Shown: positions 25,501 through 40,500 of the stretch, piece after piece
Layout of the letters: every line of letters begins with the position of its first letter
How positions within the stretch are numbered: the first letter of the stretch is position 1
DNA from: Bispira polyomma
Lineage: Eukaryota
Length of the DNA stretch: 64,000 bases
Assembly (NCBI GenBank): GCA_965649765.1
Contig: OZ287750.1
Coordinates: forward strand, 40,672,001-40,736,000
Direction: 5' to 3'
The notes under the pieces: generated by a model
The model's database searches: none
Told to the model about the DNA's origin: nothing
The model's input: only the letters and a program-made list of their open reading frames with translations
Program-made: the position numbers and the translations under genes

Positions 25501-28500
25501 GCTTGTGGATAAAAATATCTACTTGGCCACATTTCCTACAGAGCTATGCATGCCAAATCCCACAGATCACTCACTATATACATGTAACATTGTTTGTCAA
25601 ACATTTGTCAAAACTTATGACCTAAAACAATAAACTTCTGTGTGTAATAGTAAAACTACAAGTTTACTCTAAAAGCACATCTGGGTAGAACTAAAGACAA
25701 GGAGTGTGGTCAGGACTTAAACAGGGCAAAACGAGGCATAAAAACGGAGCATAAACTGCTCTGAACTTGAGCCGACCACCCATGGAAGTTTGAACATGTT
25801 CAAAATTTCCCCCTCTGCCTCCACATGTCACCAGTTTATGCCCAGATTTTAGACGTTTAGATCACACAAGTTTTTGAAATTGGGAGTAAAAGGGTCTATA
25901 GAATGTGAAAGTGTAAATTCGACATCAGATATCTATTGTATATACAGTGTCACCCAGTTAAGTTGAATCTGAAGGGACCATAAAAATTTGTAAATACTAG
26001 TTTTACATACATTTTTAAATTTATGGTCAATGTATCATTGTAGTACAGTGTGATACGTAGTGTAATGTACAATAAAAAAAATTTAGTTCAGTACTAATAT
26101 TACTGATTCCAAATACTTAAACTCTTTTGATGAACATTTATAGCAATATTTGGGATTGAAGCACTTCGGGCTTCTTGACCATTAAATGCCACAGAATCAA
26201 TTGTTTAATGTATGAAAAAAAAGCACAAGCACAAAATGATCAAACTTGTTTGCATGTTTTATTCCTGTACCAAATTTTCTATTTTGAAATAATTACCATG
26301 TTTGGCAGTTATCACGAATGATGGTTCCTGGTGGAAATTCTTCTCCATTATATACACAGGGACAATCATCAATGTCTAAACACTTGCCGCCTGAAAAACA
26401 CAGTAGTCATACTAGTTACTATGATTAAAAACAGGTATCAAATGAATTGATGACTTCTTTTAACATATCCATAGTCCTGAAATTACCATAATAATGAATA
26501 GTTTTATTATCTTATTATTATCAATAAGATCTTTTTACACCTGATTAACAGGCTCTACAAATGCTGGATGAACATTTCCGGACATCATAAGGCTTACTAT
26601 ATGGCCCCAAATCAAACTAAATAAAGATAAGAGTTGATAGTTCAAGCCAAGCCTGTAGAAACCCACTCACTTTTGGATGCAGAGGAGCTTGGTTTAATCC
26701 CATCCTAGGGCTCCCAGATATAGACAGATAATCCTGGATGACCACTTAAAATGGCAATCCTCTGTCACTGGGTCCTCTCTCCAGTGGCAAGCTAAAGAAC
26801 CTCAGGGAACTTATGCTTAAGCCTCTGACTTCAGCAATTTTACTTTACAGGTACCAATGGTGTTTGTTTGTTGATGTTTTTCAATATGGCCGCAAATTTG
26901 TTGAATAACTTGTTCATAAAATTTTAATTTGCGGGCACTTTAAAGCAAAAAAATGTGAATTATAGTATAAATTGATGTAAAATACATCAGGGTACTTCGA
27001 TTTAATCAAATTTAGCCTTTTGTTTTTTTTTGAGGAAGACCCAAACCCATAATCTACCCCTTTATTCATGCCCATAGTTATACTGCAGTATCACTCTGAT
27101 TTCTGGGACTTAAAGCAGTAATCAACCTACTAGTATAGTAATTCTGATTAACCCCTTCACCACTGATGGAGAGTAATTTTGCTATACCAATGGAGAAGAT
27201 TTTGACCTACTTCCATGGCATCACGGATAAGGTTTTTGCTATTACTTATTTCCTTACAACTTGAAATATACACTTTATTTTATGGTTAAAGCACTGTTAA
27301 CCCCATATAGATAGTATTCCTGTTTGCTAAGGGAGCTATATAATAATATTATATACTGTCGACTACTGGTCACCGGACATGGCACTGGCGAATAAAAATG
27401 GCCGTTAGCTGCTGGCCGAAGAACAAGGTCATCAAGGGATAAAGCCAACTCCATGTGTCACTTACCATGTAGGTACTGACCCTCTGGACAGTAACAACCT
27501 TCTACACAGGCCAGCTCATCACACAGGGGGTCGTGGGCTTCTCCAATGTTAGCACAAGATTGGTGACATGCAGGTCCACAGGCTCTGTACTCCAGTCTTG
27601 GGGGACACATGAAGGCTACAATGTGTGTACACAAATAGGTCATATCACAAAACTTAGGAAAAAACACCTCTACTTAGAAGCAAGATTTCCATTTTAAAGA
27701 AATTTTTTTTTTTAATAAGAGGGTTTTTGAGTGGTCCATATAAAACGGGATATTGAATTCTAATTAACAAAGTTTAACATTTAATTTAAAAGGAGTTTTT
27801 CTTTATAATATGCAAAACAGTAAACTTACGACAGAGCTTCTGACTTCTCCAGTATACAATCACACCAGCTTGTTGACAGGCCCTCACAAAGTTAGCCAGA
27901 GCTGTACAGAGACACTCACAGTCACCTCCTTGATAACAGCTGTAAAATGCAATGTCATAGCTTCTATAGAATTATTAGGTCAAATAACGAAAACTCAGCA
28001 CCAACAAAAACTTTTACTTTTATATATTGAGAAAGTTTCAAACAAAAGCACAGAAATCTGTAATAATCGCTATTAATGTTTTGTGTCTGTTAATGTAGGA
28101 TCAATAGAAATTTAGAAAATTTAATAAATATAGGTTTCTTTTTGTAAAATAATACCCATAACTAAATATATTTCACTCATATTTTACTGAATAATCTACT
28201 TCCATTTTTGTATTTCTCATGCAATTTAAAAAATTCAAATTTACTGTCAAATCCTAAAGTATATGAAAGTTTAATATACTTGGTTAGTGTCGATATATGC
28301 TTGTCATGAGGAGTCAGCGCCAGTTGCTTAGGCTGGTGCAGAGTTAGTTGGTAACCAGACTTCTTGGTAATGACTAAACCACATGTTAATACGCTTCTAT
28401 AAAACCTTATACACTTTAAAAAAGTCTCAAAGCCACACATTGGAGACAGTATAATCGAACCTCAACAATACAAATTTCTGTTTTCGATCAATTCAATTTT

Positions 28501-31500
28501 ATTAACTTAATGTCATTTTTCAAAATTTACTATTCATGTAGTTTGCTTTTATTAACCCTTTCAACCCCTAAGTTGTCGGCATTTGTTACTTTCAAAATCA
28601 AAATGTCCATAAGCAAGCAGTCGACACTCCAAAAAAAATTATTAAATTATCCTCGAGTTCCTTGCAATAGGAAATTGTTAGGACAGCAGAATCCCCCATT
28701 TAAAATTTTTTATATGAGGCTGTTATTGAATGCTAAAAGTGGTGTGTGTTTTAGTGACAATAGCTATTTTTAATCTATTACTAAACAGTTTTCTACTTTA
28801 ACAGCCTCTATTATATTATGAACATCCTATTATCTAAATATAATAGTATACAACTAAGGTTCTAATGTATTATAAATCTCTGTCGTTCAGATAATACGAG
28901 TTCTGCTGTAGTTTTGAGAAATATCCAAGTATATCTGAATTCAGTTAAAACTCGGTCCATCATTATGGCTTCTGGACCAAGCACCAATGACTCATCCTGA
29001 CATCCAAGCCAAAAACTACCTACACATACTCTGTTCATTCTAATCTATTCTAATTAAACTTTTATAGTGCTTAATCTTCATTAAAGTGGATTCCAAGGCG
29101 CATCTATCGTTATCATATTTATGTCTAGTAATATCCTTTTCCAAAAGGTGGTTGTATCCAAGAAAATGCCGGAATGAATATGTAACTAATAAGGGAAAGC
29201 CGTGGCAAACAAGTATGTTTTTAATTTGCTTCTAAAAGATGCGAGGTAGGAGCAACACAAATTTTCTGTGGCAGACGGATCCAAAGCTTTAAGGAAAACT
29301 TTATCACCTTATCAAGGTTTCTACGTCTTGTGGCTTGACATGTGTATTGAGACAAATATAGGCTGAACTAAAGGTGGTCCTGTATGTAACAATTTATAGA
29401 CTAATGTCAGTGGCAGTCCTGAACATTACTCGATATCTAATGGTCAACCAACAAAGACTTCTGACAACAGGTGTTATATGTGAAAATTTAGCAGTGCTTG
29501 TAACTATTCTGGCTACTGTATTTTGTACGCATTAAAGTCTACCAAAATCTCTTGAACGCACAAGAGCATTTAGCAACTGTCGTAGGCGTACCCCTCACAT
29601 GATAGATGCATTCAGTCAATCTGATCCTTCAAATATTCCTGATGTTGGCAAAACATGATCTGCCCTGATAGCCTCAACGTCCAAAAACTACCTGTCTCAC
29701 AGTGAATATTTGGATTGTGTTTAATTAAAATATTGTGACCCTACAAGTGACCAATCCCACTTATTCCTAAGGATAGTTGTCTCGTTTACTTTAATGGTAC
29801 AAACAAAACTAAAATCAGACACTGCAGTGTTTTTCCACTTTACATGTCAGTTTCCCTACAAATTTTGCAAGCGCTTATATATACATATAGGATAGCAGAT
29901 GGATAATAAAAAGTATATAACTGAAGCACATATCTACTCACTTGCAGGCCTCAAATCGGCAAGCATCATAATAGTCCTCATAATCAGGCACATGGTTGCG
30001 GCACTGAGCAAAGATAGAACTGTCTGTGATTAGACCACAGATGTGTGTGGCCCAAGGTTCTCTTTCTGCATGGAGCTATACATAAAGATGGTGATCATTG
30101 TTAAGGTATGTTCACATGTGTATATATATCCCAACACCAACATTCTTTGTAGTTTCACATGCATACACCTGGCTAAATCGTGCATCAAGCAATTTTTAAT
30201 GGGTCATGATGCATATTCAGAAAGCAAATGGACTTTGTTCATGTTTTCTTCGGTGTACATGGATGTTTTAGATATTTTTTTTTTGGCCATATGATTCTAG
30301 AAACAATGGTCAAAAAATTATTAAAATTAGCAGAGAAATAGGAAGGCTAGATGATGAAAACCAAAACAATTAATTTCTAAGATGATTTATCCTAGCAACA
30401 ATTTTGACATACCGGTATACCCACATTGATATCCCGGACCCGTTGTGCATGTGAAGAATACTTTAGTCTACCAAACAATCAACTGATATTAATGGTAGCG
30501 TGCATATTTTGAATTTTTCAAATTAGTGAAAGTTGCACACAAATCAATCTGACCACAAAGACAATATTGTATTTTACAACAATCAACCCTCTGTGTATGT
30601 ATTTATTGTATTTTGTTAATTTTACACATTTGTGGTACACTTCTACAAGTGTACTGTAGAAGGACTGATCTGTTTTTAAAGATCTATAAACCCAAATATC
30701 GTTTTGTTTTGAACTGATTTTAAGAGACCATGTTGCCGGAGAGATGACACATCTATAAGGGTGGTCTCGTTTGTGTGTGTGAAATATAATTATTACTGGC
30801 TCTAAGGGATAACAATTTTTGCATATTTATCATATAATATCATAATTACATTATTTTCTTTGACAAAGAATTTTTGTTTTACTTCTTTGAAATCATTTAA
30901 ACATTTTCAAACAACTTTTGCCACACTTTCTATCTTTTTATAAATTTTGCATTGTATTTCATAAAATTAATCTGTAATAGGCATTTCCATTTTTGAAACT
31001 TTCTTAGAATTAACTTTTGATGGTGAAGTATACTTGTCTGTACAAGGATGGAGTGGGATTCAGTTTATTTTAGTTATTGTTGCTTTCAACACCTTTGTAT
31101 TATATAATGACAAGCAGATTATTACAGACGGAGGAAACCTGTACAGAACAGTTAGTAAAAATATTGTACAATAAACCACTGTTCTCCAGCAAGTATACTG
31201 CCAACCTCCCCACATGCATGCCAGACCAAACCAACGACTGTAGAGAGTGTTACCTCTACACCACACAAGCTTTAGTGTACGTACATTAAAAAACTTTAGG
31301 CTAGAAAGTAGATCATGCCACATAAAACAATATAAAACTGCTAAAATTGGATGAGTTTTCTCAAACTAAACCTTGATTAATAGTAAAAAAGTTAAAATAG
31401 TAGTGGGCATGACAGAAAGTATCTAACAGTAAAAACGCCATGTACTCATATTAAAGCATTATAAATATCAAATGATATCCACTGTATAATTCATTTTTTA

Positions 31501-34500
31501 ACCACATGTAAAAAACTAAAGTCTGAGATGATACTTTGATAGTGTGATGTCAGTATATTGTTTCTTTTATCTGTACCTAAAAAGTTGCCATTTTATTGAA
31601 TGTGCATATTGGAACAGCTACCTAGACAGAACATACACTGATGACTTTTCATGTGTATATTACTGGACAACTTCTAGACTATTTTTTAAAAAGGAAAGTA
31701 CAAAAGGAAACTTTCCCAAAAAAATGCATTCTATGGTATGGCACCAGCCCCCCCACCCCCCCCTGTCTGTCTAGTCTTACTTCTTACCTCACACGGATCC
31801 CCCTGGTCATCATCTGAGCAGGTGGACAACACCTTGTAACTACTGGCAAAGTCATAGACAGATGTCACCAAGACCCCAGAACTGGTTGTCAGGTCATTGC
31901 CAGCCATATCGTCAAAGGTACCGCAGAGACCATCTACTGAGGACTGCCACTTCTCATCTAGTTGTATGTACACTCGAGTACCTGTCAAACACAGTAGGAG
32001 ACTCCATAATAGATTTACCTCTAGGTTTACTTTATTTAAGGTTTAACATCAATTTCAGCACATTTGGGCCACTAGTAGAGAAAATAAAGGTACTAGTTGG
32101 TCAATGTTTTATGCTCTGTACACCAGCAGCCTTCACTAAGTCTACTGCCAATATTTTCGCATATCCATGCCCAGGTCCTTAAGGTTTGAACCTACAACTA
32201 CCTCTGTATGTGTAGACAGATTTGTGTACATGATACAGCGCATTAAACACTCACATGCTTTTTAATCTTTTTAATGGTACAACATTTAAAACACATTATG
32301 ACACAACAGTGTATTTAACTTATTTTTGAAAAATTGAAAAACCAACTGTAAAATGATACAAATTAGAGTAACATTTAATTGATACAGTGTAATCTGCATC
32401 CATTGCTTTATTGCTGATTCTGTGGCTTACAAATATCTTCACCCTCACACTCTAGTTTTAGAATATCACTAAAAAGTTAGCAATATTTAAAGATTTTACT
32501 CTGAAAATGATGAACCAATATGTATTGATGTTCCAGTTTTGTATTGCAACACAGTTAAATAATTGACAGTAAACACCTCCTTGTAGTGAACACATTTTCC
32601 TGGTCCTATTTTGATACATACCAGTAAATGGTACATTACCTCGGAATAGTGAACACCTATTTAATAGTTTGGATAAGCTTTACAGTATCAATGTTTTACT
32701 GTATATTGTGTAAATAAAATAAATTGAGATGAATCAATACTCTTAAGGCTTTAGTGACGTAAACACAAAAAGCGATCGCCAATAATCACGTTATGTGTGC
32801 TCCAGCTTCTCAGAAACAGCACAACTTTTCTGTGTGGCCTTAAACTCGATTTATGGATAACATATTTACATTTTCATAAGTAGAAATAATGAAGAACAAC
32901 ACATATTTTAGTTATATACTAATTCAGATATTTTAGATATCATTTTAATAGGTATTTTGAGACATACAATACATGTAGCAGTGTGTAAAATTGTAACTAA
33001 AATGGGTAATATTTTCAAAGTACATGCTTCACAAACGTGACACAATTCATATACCAAGAAGGGATCAATACTGAAGTATTGTACATGACCAGAAAAAGGA
33101 AAACATTAGCATTATTTTGAATGAATTCATTTTTCAAAAAAGCACAAAAACGGAGATAATTTAAGAAAAACATTTAAGGTACACTCTTCTAAACAGAAAG
33201 ATGTTATATATTCTTTGTATTTATAAAATAAGGAAACATATTAAAACATGTAAATCATTCAATATAATATACAGGTTTTTTGAAGTTGTGTAGAGTATAT
33301 GTAGCCTTAATATCTGCTGGATCAATACTCGTATTGTGTCACAATAGAAAGGTCTCTCTACAAGAATTGTTTACAAATATGACGTTCCACCATATATTTT
33401 AAATTGTGTGACGTCACAATACAAAAGTCGCCGTATGGGTGTTTAATCACTTTATGACAAACTATTTACGTTTTAAATTGTGTAGGCATACCAAAAATAG
33501 TTTAAGACACCACTAAAGAATCATTTTAAGGCTACCTTAGTCTGTATATAGGCAAAAATGAACTTTCGCAAATGCAGTATGATTTATCGGCGGTGTATTT
33601 GCATGTTTACCTTACTAAACCCTTAACACACACTATATATCTTGGAAGTGATACTTACCTCCATCATGCAAAACAATTAAACCAAGCTTAGCAAAGTAGA
33701 GGACATAGAAGAGGCCAGCCTTGCTGTAAAAGATGTCCGTGGCCACCTCTGTTGGACCACTGGGATCAATGCTGATTGTCATGTTATCCACTTTGAGATC
33801 TGGCATGCTAAAGTGAAACTGCATCCCGTAGGCTCTCACGAACACTTCTTTAAAGCATATAACCCCGTCCACGCCACATGGAATGTTTCGGACTATCACA
33901 TCAAAGGTGTTGTTCACTGGTTCACGGAGCAGGTAGTATCTGTATGGTCCAAGTAACTACAGCTATTAGTCAATGAAAGGTTAGTTGGATTCTGTTTTAG
34001 TACACTAGGAATATGAATTAACATGCCGGGCCCTTAGTTAAAAGGCAGGGTCTCGGTTCATCGCCAATTTTGCCAATAATTTTAGATCTTTCCCTTCTGT
34101 TAACTTTATGTCTGTACAATTCCAAAACAATTAATATATACCTGAGTGGTGTATATTCCACAAATATATGACTCTAGAAGATAAAACACACAAAACTCAC
34201 TACACAGGGCCACTCGGGTAGTTTCACTATATTATCATTACATTTTAACTGCAGAGATCTAACTCAGTAAAGTCACAAATAGAAAATGCTAAAATTTGAA
34301 ACTATTTTCAAACTAGAAAAGTTTCTTTATTTTCTTTACCTTATCCTTGCTAAGCTTTTGAGAAATAAACAGTATTCATCAATCATAATTTAGAGAAAAA
34401 GAGATGGGCATGAATATGCTGCAAATACCTGCAGTTCCCAGCAAAGTGATAGTGAGTATCGTCGAATGTTTTGTACTGAGCAGTACCAGATGCCCAACAA

Positions 34501-37500
34501 ACATCTTTACAACCCTCTGTGCCCGTTTTCTTCCACTTCCTGTTTTCACACTGACTGTAATAAAGTCAAAGTACTCAACCTTAACACAAATACAGGCCTT
34601 ATAACACAAAATCTCAATAAGTTTCTTATTTTGTTGTTTTCCGATTATCAACAGACTTCTTTATTTTTTTCCCACGACTATGTGTATTAAATGTTTTTTG
34701 TTTTAAGTAAAATATCATATTATCATTCTTTATTTTATCAGATAACTAAAATCATTTCTAAGACTTTATACCTTTTTCCGTATCGAAACATAATGTCAAT
34801 TAGTGATACCATAGCATATTTTCAAATTAAATATAGGAACTATAAGAGGTTTTAACAAAACAATGAAAAATATAGAAATGCTGTGAGGCCTAATAATTTA
34901 AGTAAACAGTCAGTAGTGTGTTTGTTTGTTACAAATGGATTAGGGGAGAGTTATTTCAAAAATTCATTTTTAATAGGCTTTTTCCATTTTCTCCAATATA
35001 TAAAATATAGGACATTGGCAAATACATGATAGTTTGTTTACAGTTACAATATTTTGAAAATACATGAGCACACTGCAGCGGAATACATTATGTTTACTTT
35101 CACCACACTACCAATACAAACATTTGGTTTTGTTATTCCTGTGCCTATAATTAATAATAATAATATACATAAAATTGTTGATGTTGACTTTCAGACTTGC
35201 ACAGCAGTTTTATTATCTGAATGTGCTCTACAAGACATACCAGGTATTGAAATGCTGATATTATACTAAAAATACATTTTACAAGAGGAGAATGGCTTGG
35301 CGGCTATGTCATGATGATGCCGCTACAAAGCAAGCTACTAAAAATAGTGAACCAGTCACTAGTTAGCGGTCAAATGGATACCGTCTTCAGTGGCCGAAAA
35401 AATGCGATAATAGTGTAAAAAATGCTATCTGAACAAAGACACATTTGCTGTAATGGAAGTAATAAACTGCAATTTTCCCATTTTAATGTTTATTTATTTG
35501 GAGTTTAATCACATTTTCTAACAGATCTCGGCTCATTTTCATTGACTGGGTTTTCATACTACTTTTTACTACACCCATTCATAAGAACGGATACATGATC
35601 TTCTACCCAGTAAGGTAAACCAAAAGCAAACTTAAAATCTGAAAAATCTATGTATAAACAACCAAATCACCTTAAAAAATGTTTCGATAATTTATTTTTC
35701 ATATAATTGTGCTTCAAAATCAACAATTTATTTTCTAATTTTCATATTTTCAGCTGTTAAAGCTTGCAAAACATCCAAAATTAGTGAACCACAAGTTAGC
35801 AGTAAAATCGATTTAGTCTTCAGTTGGTGGTAATACATATGCTATAAAGGAGACGGTATATAAATAAAAACAATATCTTGTAAAAATTGAAACATCTTGA
35901 TAGCAAAGGTACGGAGTGTCTAGCATCTTCTATTTTCACTTAAGCTATGAAAATGAGAAAAAAAATGTTTTTCTACGAAATTATAAATAATTCTATAGAC
36001 TGGGTTTTGCATTCTCTGATTGGCCATAGAAATACTCTTTACTACACCTCATTCATAAAATCATATCGCCATTTCAGTCAATTCTGCCATTTTATATATA
36101 TTTTGAAACAATATTTTAAAATGTGTACATCTCAGTGGGTATTGGACGGAACTTCATTTTGTAAAAAGTTTCAAAAAATGTATCAATTACTCTTTATAGT
36201 CATATGAATGTTAACATTTTAGCTTTACTAGTAACTTGATTAGAAACAAAAATGTGGCTTGTCAAGATCTGATTTTAAAGTTTCGACTCGTTTTGGCGAT
36301 GACAGTTAAAAATTTAAAATGTAGTTTTATCCTACATATTACTGAATGAAAAGCCGGTATATCTTGAAATAAGTTAAATAATGGCCAAATATATACGTTT
36401 TGTCATTTAGTTGTTGAAATTTTTATTTTATGTGCCGTGTTCGATACATGTTACAAAACAGGAAGTCAGCCATTAAAACAACTTTTGACCATTTTATATG
36501 CAAAAATCGTACCCTAACCAGAAACTGTATATATAATCCTAGCAACAATGAAGGTCAAGGCTTCACATATTTTACTATATTATTATATGGCGAATGTCAT
36601 AGATATAAGCAAATGTGAAATATTTCCGTATGACATGCTTTGTTGTATTGTTTTTCGTGGTATTTTCACTGCAAACCCAGACAGTGACGTAGCTGTTTCC
36701 CGAAATCTCAAAGAAAATGCTGAACAAAAAAGGCAGTTTCTTAATTACTTTTATCTATATTGACACTAAACTAAAAATGGACCGTCACTGAAACAGACTC
36801 CATATGTATGCCAAATATGAAAGCTGAAATCCTTGTGAGTTCTGAAATTACCATGTCTACACTATTTAACCATGATGTAACCATAGTTATCATGATTCTT
36901 CCACTCTACACACCTCTAATCTATAGGAAAGCATGGTTATGCCAATAAGCATTGGCATAATCATGCAAAAACCTGATGACCATCAACCAAAATTATGGTT
37001 TGTTTTTAATATTTGAAATGTATTAAGGTCTTTAAAGTCTCGTCCATGAAGAAGTTGTAACAAACAATGTCACATTTTTCCTGTTCACTAGTACTTAGAT
37101 GGCATTATCATAGGTAGGTCTTAGCTCGTACATTGAGAAATTTAAAAAAGCTTGTATTTTTTTTGCATTTATAAATCACAAATGACTTACTAGACATTGC
37201 AGCCAATCTTGATGACTGTTGCTGGATCTAAGAATTCTCCGTTATAGTAGCATGGACACGAGTTTGTTGGTATACATGCACCCTGTAGACACATAACATA
37301 TCACAAAATATTTTGATGATGGGTACACATTTATATTTGAACATGTTCAAACCACATGGAATGACTGAAATATGATGCCAGTATGATTTACAATAAACAG
37401 CATACATTTAGGTCTTATTATGAGAACATGCTAATTGTCCAAAAATAATGGACTGCAACTTTGGGAGATTTATGAGATATACTTAAAGAGTATATTAAGC

Positions 37501-40500
37501 ATTTGTTCAGTATCCCATGGAACTAATACCCCAGTCTCATCTACATAATTTGCTGGTCCGGATTTGTCACGAATAAATCTGTGACTAAAATTACACCTAC
37601 ATGTCGAAAAGTTTTGACATGTTTCAGAAATGTTTTGATTAGTGAGGATTCATACCTCCATCACCAACGTTTTAACTGACACTATTCAAAAATAGCATCA
37701 CTTGTGGTAGGCTTGAGGGGGGTTTCCCCATTTTTGTTAAAAGAGACCATTCATATTATGAATGTGACAGAATGTGATGTAAACATTGCAATATGTTGCA
37801 GAAGGTATGCATGAGTTTGTTTCCATAAGTCTGCAGGCGTGAAGATTAGTGACCTTGTTAGTGACGTCTTAGTGTCAGAAGTAAAGGGAACAGAAATTTT
37901 ACTTAAAAATTTTGATATCAAAATGTCACATCAGAGGTAAATCTATAAAACGATTAGCTATTTTTATTTACGCCACGTTCATTCAAAGATACATTTAAAT
38001 GAGACTAGGCCATAAAAATTTCTGTTAATTTTCACATAAAATATATTTTGCTGTTATGGGTATGTTCACAAAATATTAATATCCTTAATGAAGACTGAAT
38101 CATTTTAAAGTATAATACATATTCATACAGCAACGCCTACTTCCTAAAACTTATTTTCACTGTTTACCATTGTAATAAAGTGTTATATAAACATTGTAAC
38201 AGTCTACTGTAAGCACAATATTATATATATTTATATCTAGAAAGATAATTCAGATGAACAAACACAACCAAACATTTTTATATGATACATATTTCACTCA
38301 TTTCTATTATAATTAGTTACAACTGATGGTTGGTTTACCATTGAGTCACTTACAGTATGGTCTAAGAGAAGGCCGTCTGGACAGGCACATCCCTCAAATG
38401 GCATCTCATCATCTGAGCAGCTCCTGTTGTAACATGTGATGTGGCACCTGTCCAAGTCAGTACGGTACACCTGATTCTGTGGACACTGGATCTCAATCTT
38501 GCAGTCTGCTACATCTTCACAAATCCAGTTACCTTGGACACAGGTACTGATAGAGAGAAAAAAAATATTATGTTTAAAATGTTTCTATAGTGTTTATGTT
38601 TAGTGAATGAACACAGCACAGATGGGGTTGTATTGATACATACCGATAGAAAGTGTAACCTTAAAAATATTTTAAGACCTGGTAGTTGATTTTTAAAATT
38701 TCATCTCTGATCAAAGGATATTCTTAAGCTTACCTATTACTGAGTGTACAAATTGCCACTAGAGTTTGGTCAATCTAAACCACATGTGGGGAGTAACCAC
38801 ACTTTAATTGACTGGTATAATTTTATGAAAAGACAAGAATCTTTGATCCGAACATCTGTTCTTCAAATTTTAGTTTTCCTATTGTGTTGTAATTAAATAC
38901 CTGTTCCGACAATAGAAATTCCACAATAATATATATTAGCCTACCATGTCACACATCCACGCTCGATGACATCTCCTGGCTGTTTAATTGGATCAGTGTC
39001 ATCATCATAGTCAAAACAAGTGCAGTTGTTGAGAGCCACACAGTTGCCGTAGTCGTCTACCAGTTCACCATCTGGACAGGAACAGCCGGCCTCTTCCTCC
39101 ACACTACAGTACAGGGAAGTCAGCTGTCTGTCACGGCAACACGCGCAAACAGAGCTACTCTCATGGTAGTCTTGTCCAGAGGGACACATGTATCCAGGCA
39201 GTCCTGTACAGGAATACACAGAGAGAATGTGCACATGGAATTATTATGGAAAGTAAGGAAAGATATTCTAAATAACTGTACGAATGTTGAAAGAGTGATA
39301 ATTGGTTCATATGATTAAATACTCGGTCTTCCTTGTGAGGGTTTCTCAAATGTTACAATTTTTGGCAGAACAAACTTTTTACGTCCATTAATTTAGTAGT
39401 TAAATGATTGAAACAGAGACTGTAAAATATGTTTTACTTAGTTTTAGTTAGTTATAGTGAGAGTAACAATGTAAATGTACATATTCTTCATATCAACTTT
39501 ATATTTAGATTGTAGCCAAGTAATATAGGGTTATTTAGTATTTACTCTCAAAACAGGAAACCCTACGAATGGTGAACACTTTGGTGTAGTGAGCCTTTCA
39601 GCGCGGTCCACTGAACATTCACTATACAGAGGTTTGAGTGTGTATACAATTTATTATATATAATTTCTAGATACAAAAGTTATCAAAGAGCCTAACCTGA
39701 ACAGTAGCTAGCCAGCACAGCATCAGACATCCAATCCACAACAAAGCCATGTTCCTTGCAGGCTCTGGCATACTCTGATATCCAGATACACAGAGGCTTG
39801 TTATTGTTGCTGTTACTACGTGCACACATATCATACATACACCATTCTCTGAATTTGTGAGGGTCCACGTAATCTCTGCAAGCATCAAACACCGGCTTGT
39901 TTACGAAATTACACTTCATCATAGCAGCAGGCTCCATACTAGAAACTGCCATACAGGGCTTGATATCACTGCCACCAGGGGTGCCGCCACATGTGCCCTT
40001 GACCCAGGAGGACGCAAATTCATCGACAGAAGTCACAATGAGGCCATCAGAGGTGGTATAGTCATCCATCTTGTTCTCATTGTTGTTACCACACAAACCT
40101 TGTAACTGGGGACAAAGATGGACAGAAGAAACTTAAATCAAAACACAGTGAGAGAATAACATTTTGTGCAGAGCATCGAAGGACCATGAAATAAGTAGAG
40201 ACATTTAAAGCATCAAACTGTAGGCAAAGTTTCAAATCTGGGACAGGTGTAGCTAGTTCATTTAACTTGAGTACTAGAATAACAGCAACTTGGATACCAG
40301 ATGTTCTACTATACAAGAATGTATCAAGGTGAGCTCAATGGTGGAACAATATATAAAGAAAAGATGGAATATTCTCTTTAGCTTTGGGCCCATATACCCT
40401 GTATCCTTTACCACAGTGTTGTATTAGTATTTTGATCAACTTTAAGTGATGTGTCATTGTTTTAGGACACTTGGGTGCAAGAAAATCACTTTCATATGCA

